IMG/VR virus record: IMGVR_UViG_3300020043_005523
Span: 1-34,386 of that record
Length of the DNA: 34,386 bases
Direction: 5' to 3' (one strand)
From: a virus
Taxonomy: Duplodnaviria > Caudoviricetes
Below the pieces are notes generated by a model, which was not told the DNA's origin, ran no database searches, and saw only the letters and a list, made by a program, of their open reading frames with translations. Position numbers and translations under genes: made by a program. Below are positions 26,932 to 34,386 of this stretch, piece by piece (the stretch's first letter is position 1; each line of letters starts with the position of its first letter).

Positions 26932-27162
26932 TTAATTTTGATCTGTTTCCTGTATAAAATTAGGAATTCCAATATAGGTACGAGCCAACCACGCGTTTTT
27001 TCTTTGCGGGAAGTTGCCTATTCTCTCATTCCTTTGCTTACGGGCTTTTATGGTCTGCTTTGACGCCTGTTTGCGGTGGTATTTAACCACCTCGCTACAC
27101 TCTTGGACGGTTCTTATAATTCTTCTGACCGCCTCTTCACCAATTTGTCCTATTTCTTGCAT
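26932..27162 (-). CDS. Hypothetical basic protein
   Basis: 76 aa overlapping the upstream gene, same strand as the operon. Confidence 0.6.
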   Translation of the reverse strand: MQEIGQIGEEAVRRIIRTVQECSEVVKYHRKQASKQTIKARKQRNERIGNFPQRKNAWLARTYIGIPNFIQETDQN

Positions 27163-27368
27163 GTGGTCACTTGTTTTACGCTTGGGGTGTCTTTCGTTCC
27201 CTTTGCTTCGTACGCCTCCATCTCATCTTTAGTGCCTCTGAAGTCCACCGTTGCTTCAGAATGGAACGTTGAACCCATGTAGGTGTGATCTGTCACAACC
27301 GTACATTTGTAATCCTTTGTACATGCACCCAACACGAGAGCGCACATAATTACTGCTACTTTTTTCAT
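27150..27368 (-). CDS. Small lipoprotein
   Basis: MKKVAVIMCALVLGA-C lipobox followed by TKDYKC. Confidence 0.75.
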   Translation of the reverse strand: MKKVAVIMCALVLGACTKDYKCTVVTDHTYMGSTFHSEATVDFRGTKDEMEAYEAKGTKDTPSVKQVTTCKK

Positions 27369-27384
27369 ATAATTGATTTGTTGA

Positions 27385-27594
27385 TTACGAATTTACTGAA
27401 AGTACTTTAATAATACGTTCTGCCTCTTCAGGTGATGCCCCAAAAAACGGATTATGTTCTAAGTCACCACGCTCGTACTTCTGCTTATCCAGAATAGGCG
27501 AATCACTGTTTGCCAATCGGTTTACTTTGTGAGTACCCGCCTGATTTGGGGCTTTTCGCCAGTCTAAAAAATGTTCTACTTTTTTTGCGTTCAT
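27385..27594 (-). CDS. Hypothetical protein
   Basis: 69 aa, ATGA-coupled. Confidence 0.65.
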   Translation of the reverse strand: MNAKKVEHFLDWRKAPNQAGTHKVNRLANSDSPILDKQKYERGDLEHNPFFGASPEEAERIIKVLSVNS

Positions 27595-27782
27595 TTTGTT
27601 TCTGTTATTGGTTGTTGAGGTAATTGAATAATCATGTAACCAGAAGGCACTATTGCGATAAGTCTTTGGCTTGCACGAACGTAAAACAATGTATTACCTA
27701 GTTTCTTGTCGTACTTCATTTCGTCTGCCTCTATGTACTGAGGTGGAATGCCGCTTGGGTGTTCTATCTGGAACTTTTTCAT
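27591..27782 (-). CDS. Hypothetical protein
   Basis: 63 aa, ATGA-coupled. Confidence 0.65.
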   Translation of the reverse strand: MKKFQIEHPSGIPPQYIEADEMKYDKKLGNTLFYVRASQRLIAIVPSGYMIIQLPQQPITETK

Positions 27783-28066
27783 GATGTAACTATTTTACCA
27801 TCCTTTTTATAAGCTATGAAAACCACAGGATTCATTGATAAAAAAATGTCACCAACTAACTGAGCGTTTTTATAAGAGAAAATAGAGGCCTGTTTAACGT
27901 CCGCAACTGTATCAAACTTCATTGATTTTCTGTTAATCATTCTGACAAACTCACCGTTTGATTTTACAACAAATGTTCCTTTTCTGCGCTCAATTCGGCT
28001 GTATGGCCTGTTATCATACACCACGGTCTCAACCTTTGGTGTATTGTCTGGAAATACGCTATTCAT
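27779..28066 (-). CDS. Hypothetical protein
   Basis: 95 aa with overlapping start and stop. Confidence 0.65.
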   Translation of the reverse strand: MNSVFPDNTPKVETVVYDNRPYSRIERRKGTFVVKSNGEFVRMINRKSMKFDTVADVKQASIFSYKNAQLVGDIFLSMNPVVFIAYKKDGKIVTS

Positions 28067-28367
28067 TTTCTGCCGCTTCTATTTCTTCCAACATTAATTT
28101 CATTGAGGCTTTCAGTTCCTTATCCTGACGAATTCTCAAAAGTGCGTGCCTCCAAAGTAATTTAGGACGCTCCCAAACTATAAACACCAGCAAATAAGCC
28201 CACCAAGGATGTGCAAGGCCTGGCCTGATCAATACCGACATGATCACAACCAAAATGAAGTAATCATAGTAAGTGATTGCGAGTTTACCCGCTGGTTGTC
28301 TCAGTTTCTTGCGCGTGTCCTCCACTGCTGCAATTAACTGTTTTTTTCTTTCCTCTTTATTTATCAT
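28059..28367 (-). CDS. Small membrane protein (two hydrophobic segments)
   Basis: YFILVVIMSVLI and WWAYLLVFIVW flanked by charged termini. Confidence 0.7.
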   Translation of the reverse strand: MINKEERKKQLIAAVEDTRKKLRQPAGKLAITYYDYFILVVIMSVLIRPGLAHPWWAYLLVFIVWERPKLLWRHALLRIRQDKELKASMKLMLEEIEAAENE

Positions 28368-29091
28368 AATTTTGAATTTGCTTCATTAGTTTCACCTGTT
28401 CTGTCTCTGGCTTTCTGCGCTCACCTTCTGCGAACTCGTGCCAAATACCCTTTAAATTTATGCCTCTGATCCATCCGGCCGATCTGTTTACACAAATGAT
28501 CCGTTTCTTTTCCTTTCGTGCCTCCAAACCGAATACAAGGTCGGCCATTTTTCGATGAGGTGACTCAAAAATTTCCACAGGGCAAAAATAATCAGTTTTG
28601 AATGCCATAACACCGGTACCAGGAACATCTACCAAGACTTCGTTTGTTTGCTGACGTTTGTAGCTGTACACGTGGTGCCTGCCGGTGTAGTATGAGTCTG
28701 ATTTAACTAGCGCTCTACCATTATACGTTATAATGCAATTGTGCTTGTCGATTTTATGAATGGTTCTTTGCACGTAATCGGCTGGGTAAAGAATATCATC
28801 ATCGCATGTGAAGTAGTATTCGTGCTTTAGGAATGTCAGTCCAAAGAATTTACCAAGATCCGTAATGTCATGACCACAATAAAATTCAACCTTTGGCATC
28901 TGCTCAATACCTTCGAACATGTGGCGGTCATGGATTGACCCGTTGTAATAAACCCGGACCAAATCAACTTGACCAATTATAGATTCAATACTTTGTTTTA
29001 GCGCCTTCAGTCTTTTCGGATCTTTGTAGGTGGCGTAATTTGCTGAAATTATTCTTTTCACGGGATATATGTTTTTGTTTTTCCACACCAT
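28357..29091 (-). CDS. Glycosyltransferase, GT-A (family 2-like)
   Basis: SIESIIGQVD, YYFTCDDDILYP (DxD), PGTGVMAF, MADL motifs. Confidence 0.8.
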   Translation of the reverse strand: MVWKNKNIYPVKRIISANYATYKDPKRLKALKQSIESIIGQVDLVRVYYNGSIHDRHMFEGIEQMPKVEFYCGHDITDLGKFFGLTFLKHEYYFTCDDDILYPADYVQRTIHKIDKHNCIITYNGRALVKSDSYYTGRHHVYSYKRQQTNEVLVDVPGTGVMAFKTDYFCPVEIFESPHRKMADLVFGLEARKEKKRIICVNRSAGWIRGINLKGIWHEFAEGERRKPETEQVKLMKQIQNYDK

Positions 29092-29318
29092 TTGAATTCT
29101 AAATGTGGAGTTTCCTTAACTGTTCCTATTTTTTCAACATTTTTAAATTCGTCTGCATGCATGGAAAAACCTGATCCTGAAACTTGCCATGCAAACTGTT
29201 TATTAGGCACTGTAACAATTCTACAATTTACATATTTACCAGAACCCAAAAATGGAACTTTGCAAATGTCCCCAACCTGAAGTTCTACACCGTTTTTATC
29301 AATTTTTCCTATTTTCAC
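29058..29318 (-). CDS. YopX-like small protein
   Basis: DKNGVELQVGDI...VEKIGTVKETPHL resembles the YopX C-terminal pattern. Confidence 0.6.
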   Translation of the reverse strand: MKIGKIDKNGVELQVGDICKVPFLGSGKYVNCRIVTVPNKQFAWQVSGSGFSMHADEFKNVEKIGTVKETPHLEFKWCGKTKTYIP

Positions 29319-29611
29319 AGTCTAATTTTTTTGTACTGTTCCACCATGTTCAGTTTTTGCGCTTCAATTTTTGAGGCGTTTTCCTGAAGTGATGCAAACT
29401 CTTTTTCGTTGTTCTGGTGCAATACCTCAACTTCTTCCGGTTTAACGTCAGCCTGTGTTCCGTGGTGATCCATAGCCATGCTGCGAATACGGTTTTTTAT
29501 AATCATGTCGTCGATTTGGTTAGCTACTCTGGTAATGAATCTAAAGACAACAAAGAATTCTTTTTCTTTCCTTAACTGTGCGCGGACTTCTGGACTTATA
29601 CAACTCAACAT
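29315..29611 (-). CDS. Hypothetical protein
   Basis: 98 aa, overlapping its neighbours. Confidence 0.65.
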   Translation of the reverse strand: MLSCISPEVRAQLRKEKEFFVVFRFITRVANQIDDMIIKNRIRSMAMDHHGTQADVKPEEVEVLHQNNEKEFASLQENASKIEAQKLNMVEQYKKIRL

Positions 29612-30267
29612 AACAATCTGAATTTAGTGTGAATTTCTTTTACAATTCTCATACGCTCTGCCTGATCAACCCCTTTTCCGAGTGACTTTTGTTTGTCATG
29701 ACGGCGGTATTTGTATAGAGTTTTATTGCAATATCCAATTTTCATTCCCATAGATAAACCGCGTAAAACCAATTCGTGTTCCTCTGCGCACTTCAAAGTA
29801 GTATCAAACAAACCAACCTTGGTAAAGAATGATTTGCGGAACATCAAAGTGCCTCCGTGAATGAAATTGGTTTTTGTTTGGAGAACCTGAAGAAATGATT
29901 TAAGATCGAAAACGGTGTGCCTTGGCTTGTACAACTCCATTTTACCGTTCTTATGAAAGTTTATTGAGTTTCCATGTATAAAGTCAATATCATTTGTAAA
30001 AGCGTTCAGGCTGTCTTCAATGCAATTTGGCGTGAGCAGATCATCTTCTGAAAGATATTTGATGTATTGGCCTTTTGCGGCCTGAATTCCGATATTTAGG
30101 TTTTCAGCGATATTATTATTTTTGCCATGAACAATAATCAGTTCAACTTCAATTAGCTTTTTATCGTAAATCTGAGCGTTTTTAACACTTTCAATTGCTT
30201 CGTTAAGCCAACCGCGATCATGATTATACCCGATAATGACGCTAACAATCTTCTTTTTTGCCATCAT
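29605..30267 (-). CDS. Glycosyltransferase family 2
   Basis: VSVII, EAIESV, LNIGIQAAKGQYIKYLSEDD, HGGTLMFRK, LYKYRRH motifs. Confidence 0.9.
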   Translation of the reverse strand: MMAKKKIVSVIIGYNHDRGWLNEAIESVKNAQIYDKKLIEVELIIVHGKNNNIAENLNIGIQAAKGQYIKYLSEDDLLTPNCIEDSLNAFTNDIDFIHGNSINFHKNGKMELYKPRHTVFDLKSFLQVLQTKTNFIHGGTLMFRKSFFTKVGLFDTTLKCAEEHELVLRGLSMGMKIGYCNKTLYKYRRHDKQKSLGKGVDQAERMRIVKEIHTKFRLLC

Positions 30268-31154
30268 GAAATTAACTTTAGAATTCTATTTCCGGTCGCT
30301 TCGTAACTGTGATTTTCACGCATCAATTCGTAGTTCTGTTTTTGAATATCTGCGATAAAATTAACATCCATTTTCAGTAATTGGTTGAAGTAAGATACAA
30401 AATTATCTTCTGTATTAATGATTGTCAAGGGACACACCCCGTAAACATCCTTATAAACATCAGGAAAAAGGTTGTTCGTAACTACTATTTTACCCATTGC
30501 CGCAGCTTCCAAAGCTGTCACACCGAAACACCCGTATTGCTTGCCGTTTATCTCTGGCTTGAACAATTCAACGTAGATGTCACACCCGCGCATCCGGTCA
30601 ATTTGTTGCTCGTGGCTTACCGTCTTAAGAGATAATTTGAAGTCATAGCGTGAAGAAACTTTCTTAATCAATTCAATGATCTTAGCCGTTCCTTTTACCT
30701 CTGGATTGCTTGGGTAATGTGCTATTTTGTACGGTTTTTCTTTGGCAACACCTGAAAACTCCATTTCCACAGGACTCACCAAATATTTGTGATCTCCCAA
30801 AACCATAAATTCGCACTGATCGGTAATGGTCGTATGACCTTCGAATAGTTTATTCAGTTCTTCATGGTTTTCACGGTAGCGGGTTCCAATGTGATACACT
30901 ACAATTTTCCCTTTGCAGTAGGTTTTTGCCAATTTGAATAATTCAGGATGAGAATCATTCACCTGCAGAATGTCCGCAGATTTGATTTGCTGAATCATTT
31001 GTTGTTGATTGGCTATTTGCCCCTGTGTCTTATAATTGAAGATGTGGCGACTCTGTATTAAGTCCACGCAATCAACTCCTATTGATCTCAACGCCTTTGC
31101 ATTTTCGTGCATAAAGTTTGCGTAATCGTTTACGCTTATTGATACTACTCTCAT
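30264..31154 (-). CDS. Glycosyltransferase, GT-B (family 4-like)
   Basis: HYPSNPEVKGT, CDIYVE...FGVTALEAAAMGKIVV, NHSYEATG; ATG at 31154 overlaps the upstream TGA. Confidence 0.8.
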   Translation of the reverse strand: MRVVSISVNDYANFMHENAKALRSIGVDCVDLIQSRHIFNYKTQGQIANQQQMIQQIKSADILQVNDSHPELFKLAKTYCKGKIVVYHIGTRYRENHEELNKLFEGHTTITDQCEFMVLGDHKYLVSPVEMEFSGVAKEKPYKIAHYPSNPEVKGTAKIIELIKKVSSRYDFKLSLKTVSHEQQIDRMRGCDIYVELFKPEINGKQYGCFGVTALEAAAMGKIVVTNNLFPDVYKDVYGVCPLTIINTEDNFVSYFNQLLKMDVNFIADIQKQNYELMRENHSYEATGNRILKLIS

Positions 31155-31705
31155 GGCTTCACAAAATTCAACAACCAAACCTTAGGGCTTATTTCCTCCC
31201 TCACAGTATTTTCCCACCCCTCAAAGCGTGAGTCAAAATCTGACAACTCCAAACGCATCGTGTGATATTGGTCAGGGTCAATTCCGATTCCAGTGAGAAT
31301 AATGACGTTTCTGGTTGCGACTTCTTTCATGTTTTCAATAGCCTTGTCAAAATCTCTGCAATTGTCCAAAACTGCAAATGCAACAACCGTTTCAGCCTCA
31401 TACATCTTTGCAAATTCTTCTTCAATGGCAAGTTTTGTTGTCAATTCTTCATAACCTTCAGCTGGAAACGCATCAATTCCGAGGTATAAAATTCCTTCCG
31501 GTAAGCATCGTTTCAAATACTGTCTACCACAGCCAACATCAATGATACTTGCGCCATATCCACACTTGTTGAGGTGTGTCGTATAGTCTCTGATCGCGTT
31601 GTCCAACTTTCTGTTATCTTCTTGCCAAGGCTCATTCTTTCTGCGATCTTTCAGCCTGTCAATTGCGGCTTTGTGTTGTTTGGGTGTTACTTTCAATTTG
31701 CTCAT
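31151..31705 (-). CDS. Class I SAM-dependent methyltransferase
   Basis: IIDVGCG motif I, YLGID, FAVLDN; ATG at 31705. Confidence 0.85.
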   Translation of the reverse strand: MSKLKVTPKQHKAAIDRLKDRRKNEPWQEDNRKLDNAIRDYTTHLNKCGYGASIIDVGCGRQYLKRCLPEGILYLGIDAFPAEGYEELTTKLAIEEEFAKMYEAETVVAFAVLDNCRDFDKAIENMKEVATRNVIILTGIGIDPDQYHTMRLELSDFDSRFEGWENTVREEISPKVWLLNFVKP

Positions 31706-31788
31706 AAAAATATAATTAGTAATACTATTTCGATTAGTAGAAAAATGAATGCAATTGTGCATCCTGGTTTATAGTCATTCAAGTTCAT
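31702..31788 (-). CDS. 28-aa single-pass membrane peptide (not in ORF track)
   Basis: MNLNDYKPGCTIAFIFLLIEIVLLIIFL*; ATGA overlaps at both ends. Confidence 0.6.
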   Translation of the reverse strand: MNLNDYKPGCTIAFIFLLIEIVLLIIFL

Positions 31789-31892
31789 GCAAGAATCAAA
31801 ATTAAAAATGTCACCACCAACACCACAACTACAAATGTGGTTCTTAATCCTGTCATTTTAGGCGCTGGCTTTCTGAATTTACGTTCTGACAT
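31785..31892 (-). CDS. 35-aa single-pass membrane peptide (not in ORF track)
   Basis: MSERKFRKPAPKMTGLRTTFVVVVLVVTFLILILA*; TAATG-coupled upstream and ATGA-coupled downstream. Confidence 0.6.
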   Translation of the reverse strand: MSERKFRKPAPKMTGLRTTFVVVVLVVTFLILILA

Positions 31893-32236
31893 TATCCTAG
31901 AAGTTCAGGGTTTATAAGAACGTGTCCAATTATGCGCTTGTTTTTCAGCATCACTTCATCTAGAGCCATCCAACGTGTTGTATTTTGCTTTGTTTTGCAC
32001 TGAAGATAGAAACCAGCTTTCCACCAAACAACCAAACCGCGCTCACCGTTGTCTGTCTCCAAGATATTTCCTTCATAAACTTCACCGTTTCTGACCTCCA
32101 ACCCGGTGAACTCACAAATTTGCTCATTCTCACCAGCGAAGTTTCCGCTTTCATTATAGTCGTTCATCTGCCCGCAGATCTTCAATTCTGTGCCACCCGT
32201 TTCAAGGTATAAAAATTTCAATGGTCTTTTTTTCAT
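31892..32236 (-). CDS. YopX family protein
   Basis: RPLKF..., EFTGL...GEVYEGNIL, IIGHVLINPELL. Confidence 0.75.
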   Translation of the reverse strand: MKKRPLKFLYLETGGTELKICGQMNDYNESGNFAGENEQICEFTGLEVRNGEVYEGNILETDNGERGLVVWWKAGFYLQCKTKQNTTRWMALDEVMLKNKRIIGHVLINPELLG

Positions 32237-32240
32237 GGTT

Positions 32241-32726
32241 TTAGTGTTTTACAATAATCAATCTAACGTTTTCGCACTTATCCTCATAATTTGGTGACTG
32301 ATGATAGCCCCAATCTATCAAAAATTGATAATAATCAGTTACATCATCAGTCAGTCTTTTTTGTTGCCAAGCCTTGTAATTTTCTAGGCAGTCCATCCAA
32401 GTATCGAATATTTTATATCCTTCAGGATTATCGGTTGTAATCTCGCCGCCCTTCATTCCGGTTATGTTATTCCGATTTATACAGTTTGGAGATTTGTAGT
32501 GTCCAGACTCAATAATTGTCTGCCTCAAAACCTTTTCGCTGAACTTAATATCAAGCCGCATAATTTCCGCATAGCAGTTTTCGTAATTAAGCACATATTT
32601 TGGCGCAAAAGGTAGAAAGGTTTCTAATCTACCCGCTTGCTGTTTTAAGCTCGGCTTTTCACATCCTAATAGCATCAGAACGAATAGGATCAATAACAAT
32701 AGATAATATCTTTTTGAATCAGTCAT
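32241..32726 (-). CDS. Glucosaminidase (GH73-like) with lipoprotein signal
   Basis: QTIIESGHYKS...NNITGMK...YKIFDTW...GYHQSPNY; N-terminal hydrophobic stretch ending in LLG-C. Confidence 0.75.
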   Translation of the reverse strand: MTDSKRYYLLLLILFVLMLLGCEKPSLKQQAGRLETFLPFAPKYVLNYENCYAEIMRLDIKFSEKVLRQTIIESGHYKSPNCINRNNITGMKGGEITTDNPEGYKIFDTWMDCLENYKAWQQKRLTDDVTDYYQFLIDWGYHQSPNYEDKCENVRLIIVKH

Positions 32727-32729
32727 AAC

Positions 32730-33410
32730 TTACAATGTTTTAGGGTCGATTAGTAAGGCTTGATAAATCGCTTCTTGGCTAGATTCTATTTTGTAATACA
32801 TCTCCTCCGCTTTCTTTCTTGCCCTCTGTTCTAGTGTGGGTTGCTTCAAAGAATTAATGAAATCGATTGCATAATTCGGATTCGCTAAAGCATCTCTATG
32901 GTTTGCTAAAACGGCTTGTTGAGCCTTTATAACCATTTCAGTTGTTATGATATCTTTCACCTCGTCAGATTCATTCTTATTCTCTGGCTCTACTATCTCT
33001 GCCCATTTGCCGTAGTAAAATAAATACTCACCAGTAAAGACGTCTTCTCTCATTGCTAAAATATTTCCATTATTACCTTTATAGAATATTCCATTAACCC
33101 AATCATCATCTTGAGGTGTTACATATTCTTTTGTTGCAACCGTGAAAATAATATTTTGATAAGGAGACACTACTCTTGATCCTTTTTTGTATGTTTTAGC
33201 AGCATATTTTAACTTATCCAATTCACTCGCATTACTCCAGTCAACCTCTTCTTCTTTCGGGAGGAGGGATTCTGTTTTTCTCTGAAAGCCTTGCAACATT
33301 TTTAGTTCAAGTTCACTTGCTGATAATGCAAATACAGAGTTTTTACACTCTTTTATCCACTCAATCACCTCCATTGCAAAGGCACGTTTAATTTCGTTTT
33401 CGTTTTTCAT
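32730..33410 (-). CDS. Hypothetical protein
   Basis: 226 aa; YGKWAEIVE motif. Confidence 0.75.
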   Translation of the reverse strand: MKNENEIKRAFAMEVIEWIKECKNSVFALSASELELKMLQGFQRKTESLLPKEEEVDWSNASELDKLKYAAKTYKKGSRVVSPYQNIIFTVATKEYVTPQDDDWVNGIFYKGNNGNILAMREDVFTGEYLFYYGKWAEIVEPENKNESDEVKDIITTEMVIKAQQAVLANHRDALANPNYAIDFINSLKQPTLEQRARKKAEEMYYKIESSQEAIYQALLIDPKTL

Positions 33411-33673
33411 AATCTCTTTTTTAGTGATGCATTAAACATAAAATCCTGAATAAATTTATAGTCTCCTTTAACAATCCTACCGCCTTGCCATTCCCATTTT
33501 GGAACTCTGAAGCAGCCTGTGTTTTCTATCAGTCCTATTTTTATACAGGCTTTCCAGAAATTTGCGTTTGGGTAATATTTATCAAGAAATTCTTTTCGTC
33601 TAAATCTACTGCCTTTTTCCTTTATATCTTTTTTCAAATTAATCAGTGCAGTTTTTATCCTTTCGTTTGTCAT
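33407..33673 (-). CDS. Hypothetical protein
   Basis: ATG at 33673, 1 nt after the upstream stop; ATGA overlap downstream. Confidence 0.65.
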   Translation of the reverse strand: MTNERIKTALINLKKDIKEKGSRFRRKEFLDKYYPNANFWKACIKIGLIENTGCFRVPKWEWQGGRIVKGDYKFIQDFMFNASLKKRL

Positions 33674-33674
33674 T

Positions 33675-33875
33675 TTATTTGGATTTAAGTTGTTCAAATT
33701 CTTCAATTGCTAATTTTATACCCTCCGCTCCACAGTACTGTTCTTTTTCAATACACCTTTCTAAAATCGGTTTTAAATCAATACCATTCTTTAAATCTTC
33801 TAATGCAAGTTCTTTAGCTATTTCAATTCTGTGTGGTATTTTTTCTAATTCGGTTAAATCACTATATTTTTTCAT
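33675..33875 (-). CDS. Hypothetical protein with UVR-like helical motif
   Basis: LERCIEKEQYCGAEGIKLAI resembles the UvrB/C motif. Confidence 0.6.
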   Translation of the reverse strand: MKKYSDLTELEKIPHRIEIAKELALEDLKNGIDLKPILERCIEKEQYCGAEGIKLAIEEFEQLKSK

Positions 33876-34170
33876 TTATTTTAGTCTTATTGACTTCTGA
33901 GTCGTGTGGAAATTTTGGTAGTTCAGGTATCTCAATATCCGTATCTTTATTTTGGTTTGCTTTCAGCCTCTCAATTCCTCTTGCACTTAACAGAATATTC
34001 AGGTCAAAGTTAAGGCTCTGAATTTTCAAATCAATTTGCTTGAGTGTTTGTTTCTTTTCGTTGTAACCTTCGTTGTTATCATGTGGCACTAATTGTACCC
34101 TGCGCCATTCGTCCCAAAGTTCATCTACTTTAGATTCAATGTATGGAATAATTAAAGACGGTGTTTTCAT
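33862..34170 (-). CDS. Hypothetical protein
   Basis: 102 aa, ATGA-coupled. Confidence 0.65.
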   Translation of the reverse strand: MKTPSLIIPYIESKVDELWDEWRRVQLVPHDNNEGYNEKKQTLKQIDLKIQSLNFDLNILLSARGIERLKANQNKDTDIEIPELPKFPHDSEVNKTKINEKI

Positions 34171-34385
34171 TTATTTTCTTGACCCCATTTGATTGCTTCG
34201 ATTACATGAATGATGTATTGCTTTTCTTCTTCACCGGCCATGTCATTAACTTGAATATTTGAAACAAACATTTCAAGACGTCTCCAGAATGTAGGATCAA
34301 CCGCATCAACAGTTTTTGTATCAACTGGCTTGGAATGCAACCAATTCAAATACTTCACATACTCTTCGTGTCCAATACAGATTGA
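34167..34385 (-). CDS. Hypothetical protein (probably 5'-partial)
   Basis: Frame stays open upstream of GTG 34358 to the window edge (SICIGHEEYVKYL...). Confidence 0.6.
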   Translation of the reverse strand, partial: SICIGHEEYVKYLNWLHSKPVDTKTVDAVDPTFWRRLEMFVSNIQVNDMAGEEEKQYIIHVIEAIKWGQENK

Positions 34386-34386
34386 A

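Noticed and set aside
1-34386. CRISPR array, integrase/transposase, intron or intein, stop-codon reassignment
   Set aside because: No regularly spaced repeats seen, no recombinase or transposase motifs, and core genes are uninterrupted and normal in length under the standard code

Overview
Segment of a tailed dsDNA phage genome, most likely a siphovirus infecting Bacteroidota (TAnnTTTG promoters, A-rich start regions without Shine-Dalgarno motifs, lipoproteins). The left end (+ strand) holds the end of a replication-type unit: an SSB-like gene, a tRNA-like RNA and one hypothetical gene. It meets the late region at a bidirectional terminator. Almost everything else is on the - strand, read right to left: small accessory genes, a lipoprotein GH73-like hydrolase, YopX-like genes, a methyltransferase plus three glycosyltransferases, TerS, TerL, prohead protease, HK97-type capsid, head/tail genes, tape measure, tail and receptor-binding genes, and a His/Cys endolysin candidate. 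Main anomalies: (1) a perfect, in-frame 53-bp inverted repeat links an Mtd_N-like receptor-binding gene to an oppositely oriented alternative N-terminal module inside a patchwork of broken lysis genes; (2) the portal gene is inverted relative to the rest of the head module and is flanked by 12-bp inverted repeats that are themselves promoter motifs; (3) the major capsid protein carries a hydrophobic, membrane-like N-terminal extension; (4) a tRNA-like RNA lacks a proper anticodon arm. All product calls come from motif recognition and synteny by eye, not from database searches.
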